A stretch of 64,000 nucleotides of DNA from Planctomycetota bacterium. GTDB taxonomy: Bacteria > Planctomycetota > UBA11346. The translations under genes and the position numbers were made by a program. Within the stretch, counting starts at the first letter, position 1. Every line of letters begins with the position of its first letter. Location of the stretch: NCBI GenBank assembly GCA_007693455.1, contig REDP01000167.1, positions 16,799 through 80,798 on the forward strand, written 5' to 3'. The notes under the pieces were generated by a model. The model was not told where the DNA came from and made no database searches. It was given only the letters and a program-made list of their open reading frames with translations. This document shows positions 17,820 to 26,191 of the stretch, piece after piece.

Positions 17820-18596
17820 GTGTCATTCGTGCCCTTTGATTTTAATCAACAGCAACACCTTGACGCTTTCCTGCAGCGCTACCCTGCATTCAGTGGCTAT
17901 TGTCAATCCGCTAATATTGACTGTTCGCACTCTTTTTTATCCCAAACTATCGCCCAATGCTGCGAACGTGCGCAGGCGTCAGCCGTGGAGGTGCTTGCAT
18001 CCTTCGCCATGGATTATCCCGAAGAACGGCAGGCGGATGATCGTGATTGGACAGAGGCGACGCTTGATGAGCTGGTGGCCAATTTGATTGAAGGTCACCA
18101 TGATTACGTACGGGTCCAGCTGGGGCGAATGCAGGTACTTCTCGATTGTATTGTCGCCAAGGCGCCTCATTGCAACGAACGCTTGGATCGAGCGCGCGCT
18201 GCCTTAACTTTTTTGAGTCAACGTTGGCACAGTCATATGGACATGGAGGAACGTGATTTTTTCCCCGTGTGCTTACGCCTTGAAGCGAGCCGCGATTTGG
18301 TGGCTCCCGAAGAATTAGATGCGCTCATTCGAGCGCTGCACCGCACCAGCCATGATCATCGCGATATTAATATGTATGCTGACCGCTTTGAGCAGGCTAT
18401 TGACGTGGCGAAAGATGATATCCCCCCCGACCTTGTTCCCATGGTTTGCGCTCTGGAACAGGCTCTGCAGGATTTTATTGACGATGCCCGACTTCATTCG
18501 GCTAAGGAAGATGATATCCTCATTCCAGCGGTGCTTTTTGCCCATGACGTACGCCGTTCCGATAATGAAAGCGGCCGCTTCTCCCGCATACAATGA
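17820..18596 (+). CDS. Iron-sulfur cluster repair di-iron protein (RIC/YtfE/ScdA-like; ScdA_N-like plus hemerythrin-type HHE domain)
   Basis: Pattern of His/Glu ligand motifs matching YtfE: LIEGHHDYV, WHSHMDMEERDFFP, HRTSHDHRD, LHSAKEDDILIP. The N-terminal domain lacks the usual CCGG motif. GTG start 7 nt after GAAAGGA. Confidence 0.75.
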   Translation: MSFVPFDFNQQQHLDAFLQRYPAFSGYCQSANIDCSHSFLSQTIAQCCERAQASAVEVLASFAMDYPEERQADDRDWTEATLDELVANLIEGHHDYVRVQLGRMQVLLDCIVAKAPHCNERLDRARAALTFLSQRWHSHMDMEERDFFPVCLRLEASRDLVAPEELDALIRALHRTSHDHRDINMYADRFEQAIDVAKDDIPPDLVPMVCALEQALQDFIDDARLHSAKEDDILIPAVLFAHDVRRSDNESGRFSRIQ

Positions 18597-18673
18597 GGTT
18601 CCACAAGGCTGATGCGCGGTCATCGTGTCTCTGGAGGTACTGATACAGCCTCAAGGGAAGGCCCTCCTGTTCT

Positions 18674-18814
18674 CAGGGCGACGCAATGCTTGTCCCTGCG
18701 AGCGCTGATTCCTGATCGGCCGGCAAAAACGACCTGAATAGGGCGCTTTTTGCGTTAAAAGCATGCACCGCGAAGCGGAAATTCCTTACCCAAGGTGAGC
18801 TTTGCGACGCCCTG
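18674..18814 (+). mobile_element. MITE-like element, copy C
   Basis: CAGGGCGACGCAATGCT ... AGCTTTGCGACGCCCTG termini. 10-bp flanks CTCCTGTTCT / CTCTTGTTCT (9/10). Confidence 0.9.
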
Positions 18815-18868
18815 CTCTTGTTCTTGGATGCACCGTTGCCTCCAGTCTAAAACTTGCATACTACCATT

Positions 18869-20848
18869 ATGTTTGAACTGGTCTTCCTCAGTGGTGTTCG
18901 TGCTGGAGCTGTCGTTCACATAAACGCTGATATGACCGCTGGTAGATCCCCCGATTGTGATATTGAGGTACCAGATCCCAATGCCTCACGGCTCCACTTT
19001 CGCCTGCTTTGGGATGGGGCTTCCCTCACTGCAGTCGATAATGGGTCCTCAAACGGAACGTTTGTCAATGAGTCGCGTATTGAGAGTTATAAACTCAGCC
19101 ATGGTGACGTTATTCGCCTTGGCGAAACGCGAATCCGCACCCAACGCCGCCAGCGTAAGGCTGGCCGATTGCGTGATTCAACCTCGTCATCGGTGTTTGG
19201 TTTTCGCGACCAAGATAACGATGACGCCGTTGCTAGCGCTCTCTCGTTATCACTGGTTGATGCAACCTTTGGCGGTGATGGGTCGGTAGAAAATCTAACC
19301 GCGCGCCTTGAAGCCATGATTTGGGTTTCGGAAACAATGGCTACGGCCACTGACACCGATACTCTTTTCCATCCTATTATCGAGGCGCTTTTTAGGGTGT
19401 TCCCACAAGCAGAGCGCGGCTTCTTGCTGCTGGGCGATGCCGTTGATGTACTTGAGCCCCAAGCCATGCGTACCCGTAAATCTGGTGCCACGGAGGGCCT
19501 TACTGTTTCCGCGAGCCTCTGCCGTGCAGCGTTGGAGCGCCGAGCTGTGGTGGTGTATGTTGAGGACGAGAATGCCGATTTTGATCAAGGCATGTCCTTG
19601 GTCGATCTGCGGATTCGTTCAGCCATGGCAGTCCCCCTTATGGTGAAGGACGAAATCCTCGGGGTGACCATCATTGATACCCAGGATCGTTCCCAGCCCT
19701 TTAATGAAAATGATATGGGCTTGGCCGCGGCAGTCTGCCGTCAGGGTGCTGTTGCCTTGAAGAATGCGTTGTTGCTCAACGAAGTTGAACGGGAGGTAAA
19801 GACGCGCTCCAATCTCATGCGTTTCTTGCCCAAACAGGTGGTAGACCAGGCAGTGGCCGGAGAGCTTGACCTAGCATTGGGTGGAAGTACGTGTCGTGGG
19901 ACAGTTTTCTTCTGCGATATTATTGGCTTTACCGCACTCTCTGAGAGTCTCCATCCACAAGCAGTGGTGGGAATGATTAATGATCTCTTCAATGCTATCT
20001 GCCCGATTATCGAACAAGAAGAGGGTGCCATCGATAAATTTATGGGTGATGCAATAATGGCCTTATGGGGCGTGCCTTTTGGCGCTGAAAAGTCTAGTTT
20101 GCAGGCCATTACCACGGGTATTCTCATCCAAAGTGCCTTGGTGCCCTTTAATCATGAGCGACCCACATGGCGGCCCAAAATTCATATGGGCGTTGGTATG
20201 AGCTGGGGATCTATGGTTGCCGGTAATGTGGGAAGTATTGATCGCTTAGAGTATACGGTGCTTGGCAATACCGTGAATACAGCCTCACGTATTCAGCAGT
20301 TGTCTTGTGCTGATCAGGTTCTGATTAGCGCCGACCTTTATGAGCGCCATAAGCCTCATATCCATGCCATAAAACTGCCGGAAGTGCAGGTGAAAAATAA
20401 AGAGCATCCTGTCGCAGTATACAGCGTTCGCGGCGTGCTCTCTACCCATGGTGAACTATTGCTGCATATCCCCGTAGAAGTAGGGGGGGCTCATGCTGCG
20501 TGCTTGATTCGAGGCATTGACGAAACCACTTTTGTATGTTTGCATGAGGAGTCAGTCAATCTTGGTGGCAATACCATTGAGACAGCTATGATTGAACTGC
20601 CAGGGGTTAATTTGGGAGCATTTGAAGTAGAAGCGCTTTTGCCGCGACAAGATGGAGATGGCGGTTTACGGCGAAGCCTTATTCGTTTCGCTGACCCAAG
20701 CTTGGCTGGGATATTGAGCCCTGAGTTGACCTATTCACCCTTGCAATGGCCTGAAATGGTTCGCGCTCCTGCTACCTACAGTCTTGCCCCAAAGAGCTCT
20801 GTGCGCGCAAAGACTGAAATTGATCTTGACGAGTCGGCTACGCCTTGA
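18869..20848 (+). CDS. FHA-GAF-class III adenylate/guanylate cyclase with an uncharacterised C-terminal domain of about 130 aa
   Basis: FHA (GRSPDCDIEVPDPNASRLHFRL..NGSSNGTFVN); GAF-like middle; cyclase core (VFFCDIIGFTALSE, DKFMGDAIMALWG, GNTVNTASRIQ). The listed ORF begins at TTG 18854; ATG 18869 (MFELVFLSG) is preferred. Confidence 0.88.
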   Translation: MFELVFLSGVRAGAVVHINADMTAGRSPDCDIEVPDPNASRLHFRLLWDGASLTAVDNGSSNGTFVNESRIESYKLSHGDVIRLGETRIRTQRRQRKAGRLRDSTSSSVFGFRDQDNDDAVASALSLSLVDATFGGDGSVENLTARLEAMIWVSETMATATDTDTLFHPIIEALFRVFPQAERGFLLLGDAVDVLEPQAMRTRKSGATEGLTVSASLCRAALERRAVVVYVEDENADFDQGMSLVDLRIRSAMAVPLMVKDEILGVTIIDTQDRSQPFNENDMGLAAAVCRQGAVALKNALLLNEVEREVKTRSNLMRFLPKQVVDQAVAGELDLALGGSTCRGTVFFCDIIGFTALSESLHPQAVVGMINDLFNAICPIIEQEEGAIDKFMGDAIMALWGVPFGAEKSSLQAITTGILIQSALVPFNHERPTWRPKIHMGVGMSWGSMVAGNVGSIDRLEYTVLGNTVNTASRIQQLSCADQVLISADLYERHKPHIHAIKLPEVQVKNKEHPVAVYSVRGVLSTHGELLLHIPVEVGGAHAACLIRGIDETTFVCLHEESVNLGGNTIETAMIELPGVNLGAFEVEALLPRQDGDGGLRRSLIRFADPSLAGILSPELTYSPLQWPEMVRAPATYSLAPKSSVRAKTEIDLDESATP

Positions 20849-21976
20849 ATGCACCTCTATATCCATATTCCATACTGTCAGTCTAAATGCCCGTATTGTG
20901 ATTTTAATTCTATAGCCGGTCGTGAAGACGAATTTGAGCGTTATGTGTCGGCGCTCCTGCGTGAATTGTCGCGATTGCCGCAAGGGCCTTATCGCACCCT
21001 GTTTATGGGCGGGGGGACGCCCAGCATACTCCCGCCACGATTGCTTGAACGCCTCTGCCGTGGTATTGCTGAGCACTGTGATCTAGCCCCCGACTATGAA
21101 TGGAGCATGGAGGCGAACCCAGGTTCGGTTGATCGTCAACGCTTTGCGATTGCTGCCGATCACGGGGTGAACCGAGTGAGTATTGGCGTGCAATCGGTCC
21201 ATCAGCATCATCTCGCCTTTCTCGGCCGTGGTCATACGGTTGAGGAGGCTGATCAAGCAGTGGCGGCGGCGCAAACATGTTTTCAGCGAGTGAGTTGTGA
21301 CCTCATGGTGGGCTTACCCCAGCAAACCATGGGCGAGTTGAGTCTGGAGCTTGATTGGTATCGACGGCACGGGCTTCGCCACGCTTCGGTCTACCATCTG
21401 GCTTTTGAGCCTGGTACGGAGTTTCATGCCAAATATCGCCGCGGTGACTTGTCTCCCATCGCCGATGATATTTCCCAGGCGATGCTGCATCAGGTTGACA
21501 AAACTCTTCAAGAGCATGGTCTTGAGGCCTATGAGACCAGTAATTATGCGGTTCCAGGTGAAGAGTGTCAGCACAATCTGGCTTATTGGCAGCAGCGCTC
21601 CTATTGGGCAGTGGGGGCAGGTGCGGTGAGTACTATTGATACCCTTCGTTGTACCCGCGAACGACATCCTGGGCGCTATATTGCCGCTATCGAATCGGGT
21701 GGGGATGCCGTATGGAGCACAGAGCAGCTGGGACCCAAGGAGCTTCTGGCGGAATGCTGGATGCTGGGGCTGCGTCTTCGCCAAGGCGTTTCGCAGCAGC
21801 GCTTGCGCTCTTATGGTGATGATCCCCAACGCTATCAGCAGCGCCTTTCGGAACTCTGTGCCATGGGGTATGTCACGTGCCACGGCGATGCGATTTGTCT
21901 CACTCCATCGGGACGCCCTCTGCAGGACGCCATTACCATTGCCCTTATGCCAGAAGACGATTTCCAGCCGTCTTGA
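20849..21976 (+). CDS. hemW: Radical SAM heme chaperone HemW / oxygen-independent coproporphyrinogen oxidase-like
   Basis: YIHIPYCQSKCPYCDFNS radical-SAM motif at the extreme N-terminus. About 375 aa, HemN-like C-terminal domain. Starts directly after the cyclase stop. Confidence 0.9.
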   Translation: MHLYIHIPYCQSKCPYCDFNSIAGREDEFERYVSALLRELSRLPQGPYRTLFMGGGTPSILPPRLLERLCRGIAEHCDLAPDYEWSMEANPGSVDRQRFAIAADHGVNRVSIGVQSVHQHHLAFLGRGHTVEEADQAVAAAQTCFQRVSCDLMVGLPQQTMGELSLELDWYRRHGLRHASVYHLAFEPGTEFHAKYRRGDLSPIADDISQAMLHQVDKTLQEHGLEAYETSNYAVPGEECQHNLAYWQQRSYWAVGAGAVSTIDTLRCTRERHPGRYIAAIESGGDAVWSTEQLGPKELLAECWMLGLRLRQGVSQQRLRSYGDDPQRYQQRLSELCAMGYVTCHGDAICLTPSGRPLQDAITIALMPEDDFQPS

Positions 21977-22349
21977 GCCACTCCAGTAAGCTGGGATTGA
22001 TGCCCCGTGCATTATTATGTTTGCGCACCATGTCATAGCCACCCTGAGCTACTATTGCCTGTGATCCATAGCTAGCGGTTGAGTAACCAAGTATTATAAG
22101 GTTTGCATCAATCTTTTCGGTGATCGTGGCGGTAACCAGATCACCGCGCTCATTGCCAATATAAAAATCCATGAGAATACATAGGGGGAATGCGTCCTGC
22201 GATGTGTGCGTGAGTGCGCTAAGTAAGCCAGTACTGGTGTAAAATCCCTGGAATGACGCTCCCCACTCATGTACTGTTGCATGGCTCACGTCGTGCCAAT
22301 GTTGGGTGTCATCGAGAAGCCATATGCTGGGTGGTCGGGGAGGCGACAA
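21945..22349 (-). CDS. Hypothetical protein (orphan, AT-richer than its surroundings)
   Basis: It is the only long ORF filling the 410-bp hemW-mlaE gap. Candidate TTG start 6 nt after AAGGGA (the listed ATG 22397 would overlap mlaE). No recognisable family motif. Confidence 0.4.
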   Translation of the reverse strand: MSPPRPPSIWLLDDTQHWHDVSHATVHEWGASFQGFYTSTGLLSALTHTSQDAFPLCILMDFYIGNERGDLVTATITEKIDANLIILGYSTASYGSQAIVAQGGYDMVRKHNNARGINPSLLEWLKTAGNRLLA

Positions 22350-22387
22350 AGGATTTCCCTTAGCGAGTGTGTGGGTACAACAGGTGT

Positions 22388-23191
22388 ATGAAAACATCTA
22401 ATATGGTTGCAGCCAGTGGTCGCTCAACCATCAATTTCATACGTATTGTAGGTGATGTGACGCTGCTGTTTCTCCAGGTGATGCGAGCGCTGTGGCAACA
22501 TCCGCAACGGCGGCGGACCTTAGTCATACAAATGTACCGCATTGGCTTTCAGAGCCTCCCAGTGGTGGTGCTTACTGGTTTAGCAATAGGTATGGTGTTG
22601 GGAGTTCAGTTATTGGTGACCCTGAAATCTCTAGGGGCTGAGTCAACGACTGGAGCAATGGTGAACTTTGCCCTTTTTAGTCAGCTTGGCCCCACGCTCA
22701 CTGGGCTCATGTTGGCGGGACGAGTGGGATCCAGTATTGCCGCTGAGCTGGGGACAATGAAAGTTACCGAACAAATTGATGCCTTGCGCACCATGGGCAC
22801 AGATCCTATTGCCTATTTAGTGGTGCCACGTTTTTTGGCCTGTGTGGCCCTGCTGCCCTTTTTGACGGCGATTGCCTGCGCGGCAGGAGTATTCGGTGCG
22901 GCATGGTTGCTCATTAGTATTTACGGAGTTCCTGCCGCCAGTTACTGGGAACGGGCGATTGAGTTTAATAGTTGGTGGGAGATTATTACTGGACTGGCCA
23001 AAACCGCGGTATTTGGAGCCATTATAGCACTCGTGGCCTGTCGAGCCGGACTCTCCACTGCAGGCGGGGCAACGGGTGTGGGCCAGGCATGTACGCAGGG
23101 AGTGGTCACTGCGAGTATTAGCATCCTTATCGCCAACTTTATCATGACGCTCTTGATTCAGGTGATGCAGACCTGGATCTTCCCTGTATAA
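22388..23191 (+). CDS. mlaE: MlaE-family ABC transporter permease (phospholipid/toluene-tolerance type)
   Basis: About 265-aa polytopic protein with MlaE-like segments (GPTLTGLMLAGRVGSSIAAELGTMKVTEQIDALRTMG). ATG 22388 preferred over GTG 22367. Confidence 0.85.
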   Translation: MKTSNMVAASGRSTINFIRIVGDVTLLFLQVMRALWQHPQRRRTLVIQMYRIGFQSLPVVVLTGLAIGMVLGVQLLVTLKSLGAESTTGAMVNFALFSQLGPTLTGLMLAGRVGSSIAAELGTMKVTEQIDALRTMGTDPIAYLVVPRFLACVALLPFLTAIACAAGVFGAAWLLISIYGVPAASYWERAIEFNSWWEIITGLAKTAVFGAIIALVACRAGLSTAGGATGVGQACTQGVVTASISILIANFIMTLLIQVMQTWIFPV

Positions 23192-23306
23192 AACAGGCCT
23201 CATGAATCGCCTTTGCAACACATGCGCCCTATGTGGTGATCGCTTCTTGATTACCAGGATCGCCCGCATAAGGTAGCGCTTTTACAACTCCCCGCAGGAA
23301 TAAACT

Positions 23307-23696
23307 ATGGCCGCCGTTCTCATTGTTGAAGACAATTTGGTGAATCAGAAACTGATGCAGGCCATCGTCAGTGGAGCTGGATACACGACCCATGTCGTGG
23401 CCAATGGACGACTGGCTGTTGAGTTCCTTGCCGACCATACAGTCGATTTGGTATTTATGGACCTCATGATGCCGGTGATGGATGGCTTTGAGGCCTCGCG
23501 TCGAATTCGCCAAGAACTCGGTCTGCGTAATCTGCCGATTATCGCAGTAACCGCCAATACCTTGGTGGGGAGTCGAGAGCGAGCATTGGAATCAGGTTGC
23601 GATGATTATATCGCCAAACCCTATACCAAGCAGCAGCTACTTGGCACCCTCAACCAATGGATTCGCGGCTCTTCCGATCAGTTTCACCCCGTCTGA
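23307..23696 (+). CDS. Stand-alone response-regulator receiver domain (CheY-like)
   Basis: LIVEDN...DLVFMDLMMPVMDG...IIAVTAN...DDYIAKP contains all canonical receiver residues. Confidence 0.9.
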   Translation: MAAVLIVEDNLVNQKLMQAIVSGAGYTTHVVANGRLAVEFLADHTVDLVFMDLMMPVMDGFEASRRIRQELGLRNLPIIAVTANTLVGSRERALESGCDDYIAKPYTKQQLLGTLNQWIRGSSDQFHPV

Positions 23697-24823
23697 GGGC
23701 GCTCACTGTGCGCTAAAAGCTCGATAAGCTGCTCAATTTCCGTATCCTCAGTAAGATGACTCAAGCTGATGCGGATGGCATTGAGGGCTTGGTTGTTCGG
23801 CACTCCCATGGCTTGCAGGACATGACTGGGCTCATGTGTGCCCGAAGCGCATGATGAACCGGGTGAACATGCTATCCGAGTAAGTCGGCGCAGCCATTGC
23901 TGGGGTGCCTGAGGTCCGCCGAGAAGAAAAATACCAGGAGCCCGATGGCTGAGATGACCAAACTGCTGAATCCATGGTGCGCGGTCCTGTAGGCCGTGGC
24001 TGAAGGCGTGGGTCAACTGCTGGAGACGTTCAAGACGTTGTCTACCTTCGCAGATTTGGAGCTGCGCCGCGCGACCAAAGCCAGCAATTTGGGCAACTGC
24101 CTCCGTGCCACTGCGCCGACCGCGTTCTTGGCCACCGCCATCAATTAACGCAGGCAGTCCTAGGCCGCGCCGCATATACACCGCGCCACAGCCTTGTGGC
24201 CCATAGCATTTGTGGGCAGAGCAGGCTGCAAAGTCCACTCCCCATTCATGGAGGCGCAGGCTGGAATGGCGGACAAGGGCCTGGGTGATGTCGCTCATCA
24301 ACAGTGTACCGGCCCTATGGCAGCGCTGCGCCAGGTCTGCCAGATCATGAGTCACGCCTGTTTGATTATTCACCATCATCACCGCAACCAGCGAGCTTGG
24401 CTGCTTCAAGGCCTCTTGGAGGTCATCCACATCAATCAGACCATGGCGATCAATGGTTAACCAGTGTACGCGAATACCCGCCTGTTCACAAGCGCGCGCC
24501 GCAGCCATGACCGCTGGATGCTCACTGCGCGCGACAATCAGTTGTTGCTGGGGGTGGGCGCTCGCCACTCCCTTAATGATCATATTGCAGGATTCTGTCG
24601 CCCCAGAGGTGAACGTGAGCTCATCATCTCGGCAGCCAAGCAGAGTGCTCAGGGAACCGCGGGCATGCTCCAGGTGATCTGCAGCCCTTCGTCCTTGGGG
24701 ATACTGTCGACTCGAGGGATTGCCCCACCCCTGTTCGTACACCGCCATCATAGTGGCGATCACACGCGGGTCGCAGGGGGTCGTGGCGGCGTAGTCGGCG
24801 TATATGCTTGCCGTTTGCGACAT
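23684..24823 (-). CDS. Cysteine desulfurase (class V aminotransferase, NifS/IscS-like)
   Basis: IYADYAATTP N-terminus, PLP-lysine motif SAHKCYGPQG, C-terminal active-site Cys region SPGSSCASG. ATG 24823 (MSQTASIYADY) preferred over the listed 24880. Confidence 0.9.
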   Translation of the reverse strand: MSQTASIYADYAATTPCDPRVIATMMAVYEQGWGNPSSRQYPQGRRAADHLEHARGSLSTLLGCRDDELTFTSGATESCNMIIKGVASAHPQQQLIVARSEHPAVMAAARACEQAGIRVHWLTIDRHGLIDVDDLQEALKQPSSLVAVMMVNNQTGVTHDLADLAQRCHRAGTLLMSDITQALVRHSSLRLHEWGVDFAACSAHKCYGPQGCGAVYMRRGLGLPALIDGGGQERGRRSGTEAVAQIAGFGRAAQLQICEGRQRLERLQQLTHAFSHGLQDRAPWIQQFGHLSHRAPGIFLLGGPQAPQQWLRRLTRIACSPGSSCASGTHEPSHVLQAMGVPNNQALNAIRISLSHLTEDTEIEQLIELLAHSERPQTG

Positions 24824-24916
24824 GGCAGGCCCTTTTAATGATAACGCCCTTTGAAAATAGCCCTCATTACACCAGGGCATCAGGCGGCCCCACAGCCCTA
24901 GCGTGATGCTGTGTGC

Positions 24917-25888
24917 TTAGCCAATGGAGAGCATGCGTTCTATGGGTAGTCGGGCTCGCTCAACAACCTCAGGGGCAAGGTGAATGGCTGGCTTCTGGTG
25001 CTCAAGGCAAAGCCAAAGTTTTTCCAGGGTATTACGCTTCATGTGTGGACATTCATTGCACGATGTGCAGCTACCTGCTTGCGAACGTATTCCAGGAGCC
25101 TCCAAAAAAGTGGCTTGAGGGGCCGCTTGGCGCATCTGATGGATAATTCCAGGTTCGGTAACCACGATGAAGGTACCATGGGGGTCGCCCTGGCGTACTG
25201 CATCCAGCAGTGCTTTGGTGCTGCCTACCACATGCGCGTGTTGACGGATATGACGTGGGCATTCTGGGTGTACCAATACCTGGGCTTGACGATGTTCGGC
25301 GATCAGATCCATGAGGCGTTGTTCGCTAAAGACCTCATGTACTTCGCACGAGCCCTGCCACAGGAGCATATTCTCGCGGCCCGTTTGCTCACGTACCCAG
25401 TCACCCAAGTACTGATCAGGAGCAAACAATATGGGCTGCTCCGGAGGAATGGAGTTGACCACCTGTACGGCATTGGAGGAGGTTACGCAGTAATCTGAAA
25501 CGGCTTTCACAGCCGCCGTACTATTGACATAGGTTACCACGGTGTGATCAGGATGAGCCTCAACAAAGGCGCGGAATTCAGCTGCCGGGGCCGACGTTGC
25601 CAGCGAACACCCAGCTTCCAAATCGGGAAGCAAGACCGTCTTATGGGGGGATAGGATCTTGGCTGTTTCAGCCATAAAATGCACCCCACAGAAGACAATG
25701 GTATCTGCATCGGTTTCTGCGGCCTGGCGGGCCAGCTGTAAGCTGTCGCCGATGTAATCGGCCATGTCCTGAATTTCGGGTAGCTGATAATAATGGGCTA
25801 GGATTACAGCATTATGCTGACGCTTGAGATCTTCAATGGCCTGGGCTAAATGGGTTGGTCGAGAGACCGTTGGGCGTAACAGAACCAC
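24917..25888 (-). CDS. nadA: Quinolinate synthase
   Basis: NAVILAHYYQ, GVHFMAETAKIL and CTSCNECPHMK motifs. AAGGAG lies 6 nt upstream of GTG 25888 and gives a canonical protein of about 323 aa. The listed 512-aa ORF adds 189 non-homologous codons. Confidence 0.9.
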   Translation of the reverse strand: MVLLRPTVSRPTHLAQAIEDLKRQHNAVILAHYYQLPEIQDMADYIGDSLQLARQAAETDADTIVFCGVHFMAETAKILSPHKTVLLPDLEAGCSLATSAPAAEFRAFVEAHPDHTVVTYVNSTAAVKAVSDYCVTSSNAVQVVNSIPPEQPILFAPDQYLGDWVREQTGRENMLLWQGSCEVHEVFSEQRLMDLIAEHRQAQVLVHPECPRHIRQHAHVVGSTKALLDAVRQGDPHGTFIVVTEPGIIHQMRQAAPQATFLEAPGIRSQAGSCTSCNECPHMKRNTLEKLWLCLEHQKPAIHLAPEVVERARLPIERMLSIG

Positions 25889-25980
25889 GAGCCGCTCCTT
25901 TGCGGATATTGTCACCGTGCGTAGGGTTCGAGAACTTCGCTCTGCCAATGATACGCACTGCGCACCGTGGCGTGGGATCT

Positions 25981-26000
25981 TTCGTGCGCATTCGTGCGCA
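25981..26000. repeat. Perfect 10-bp tandem direct repeat TTCGTGCGCA x2 in the nadA upstream region
   Basis: Read directly from the sequence. Each unit carries the palindrome TGCGCA, and a third TGCGCA lies at 25959-25964. Confidence 0.8.
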
Positions 26001-26076
26001 ATGCACAGCGCAGTGTTGTTTCCGCCATGCGCTAGGGGATACAAGGACGCGCAGTATGGAATACGGTTGGCTGATG

Positions 26077-26098
26077 CAAGGTGAGCTTTGAGCGCAGG
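26077..26098 (+). repeat. Possible relic of the MITE right arm
   Basis: CAAGGTGAGCTTTG matches the right arm of copies C and F exactly over 14 nt and then degenerates. There is no matching left arm. Confidence 0.35.
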
Positions 26099-26191
26099 CT
26101 TGTGTTTGACATCGCGAGCCATAGGGTTTATTTTGACATAACCGATGTACGCTGCGTACCTCAGCCTCTCGATTACTGGAGCCCATGGATT

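Noticed and set aside
21314-22042. 242-aa minus-strand ORF antisense to hemW
   Set aside because: Except for its first ~66 nt, it lies within the well-supported hemW CDS on the opposite strand. It has no family features, and long antisense shadow ORFs are typical of GC-rich coding DNA.
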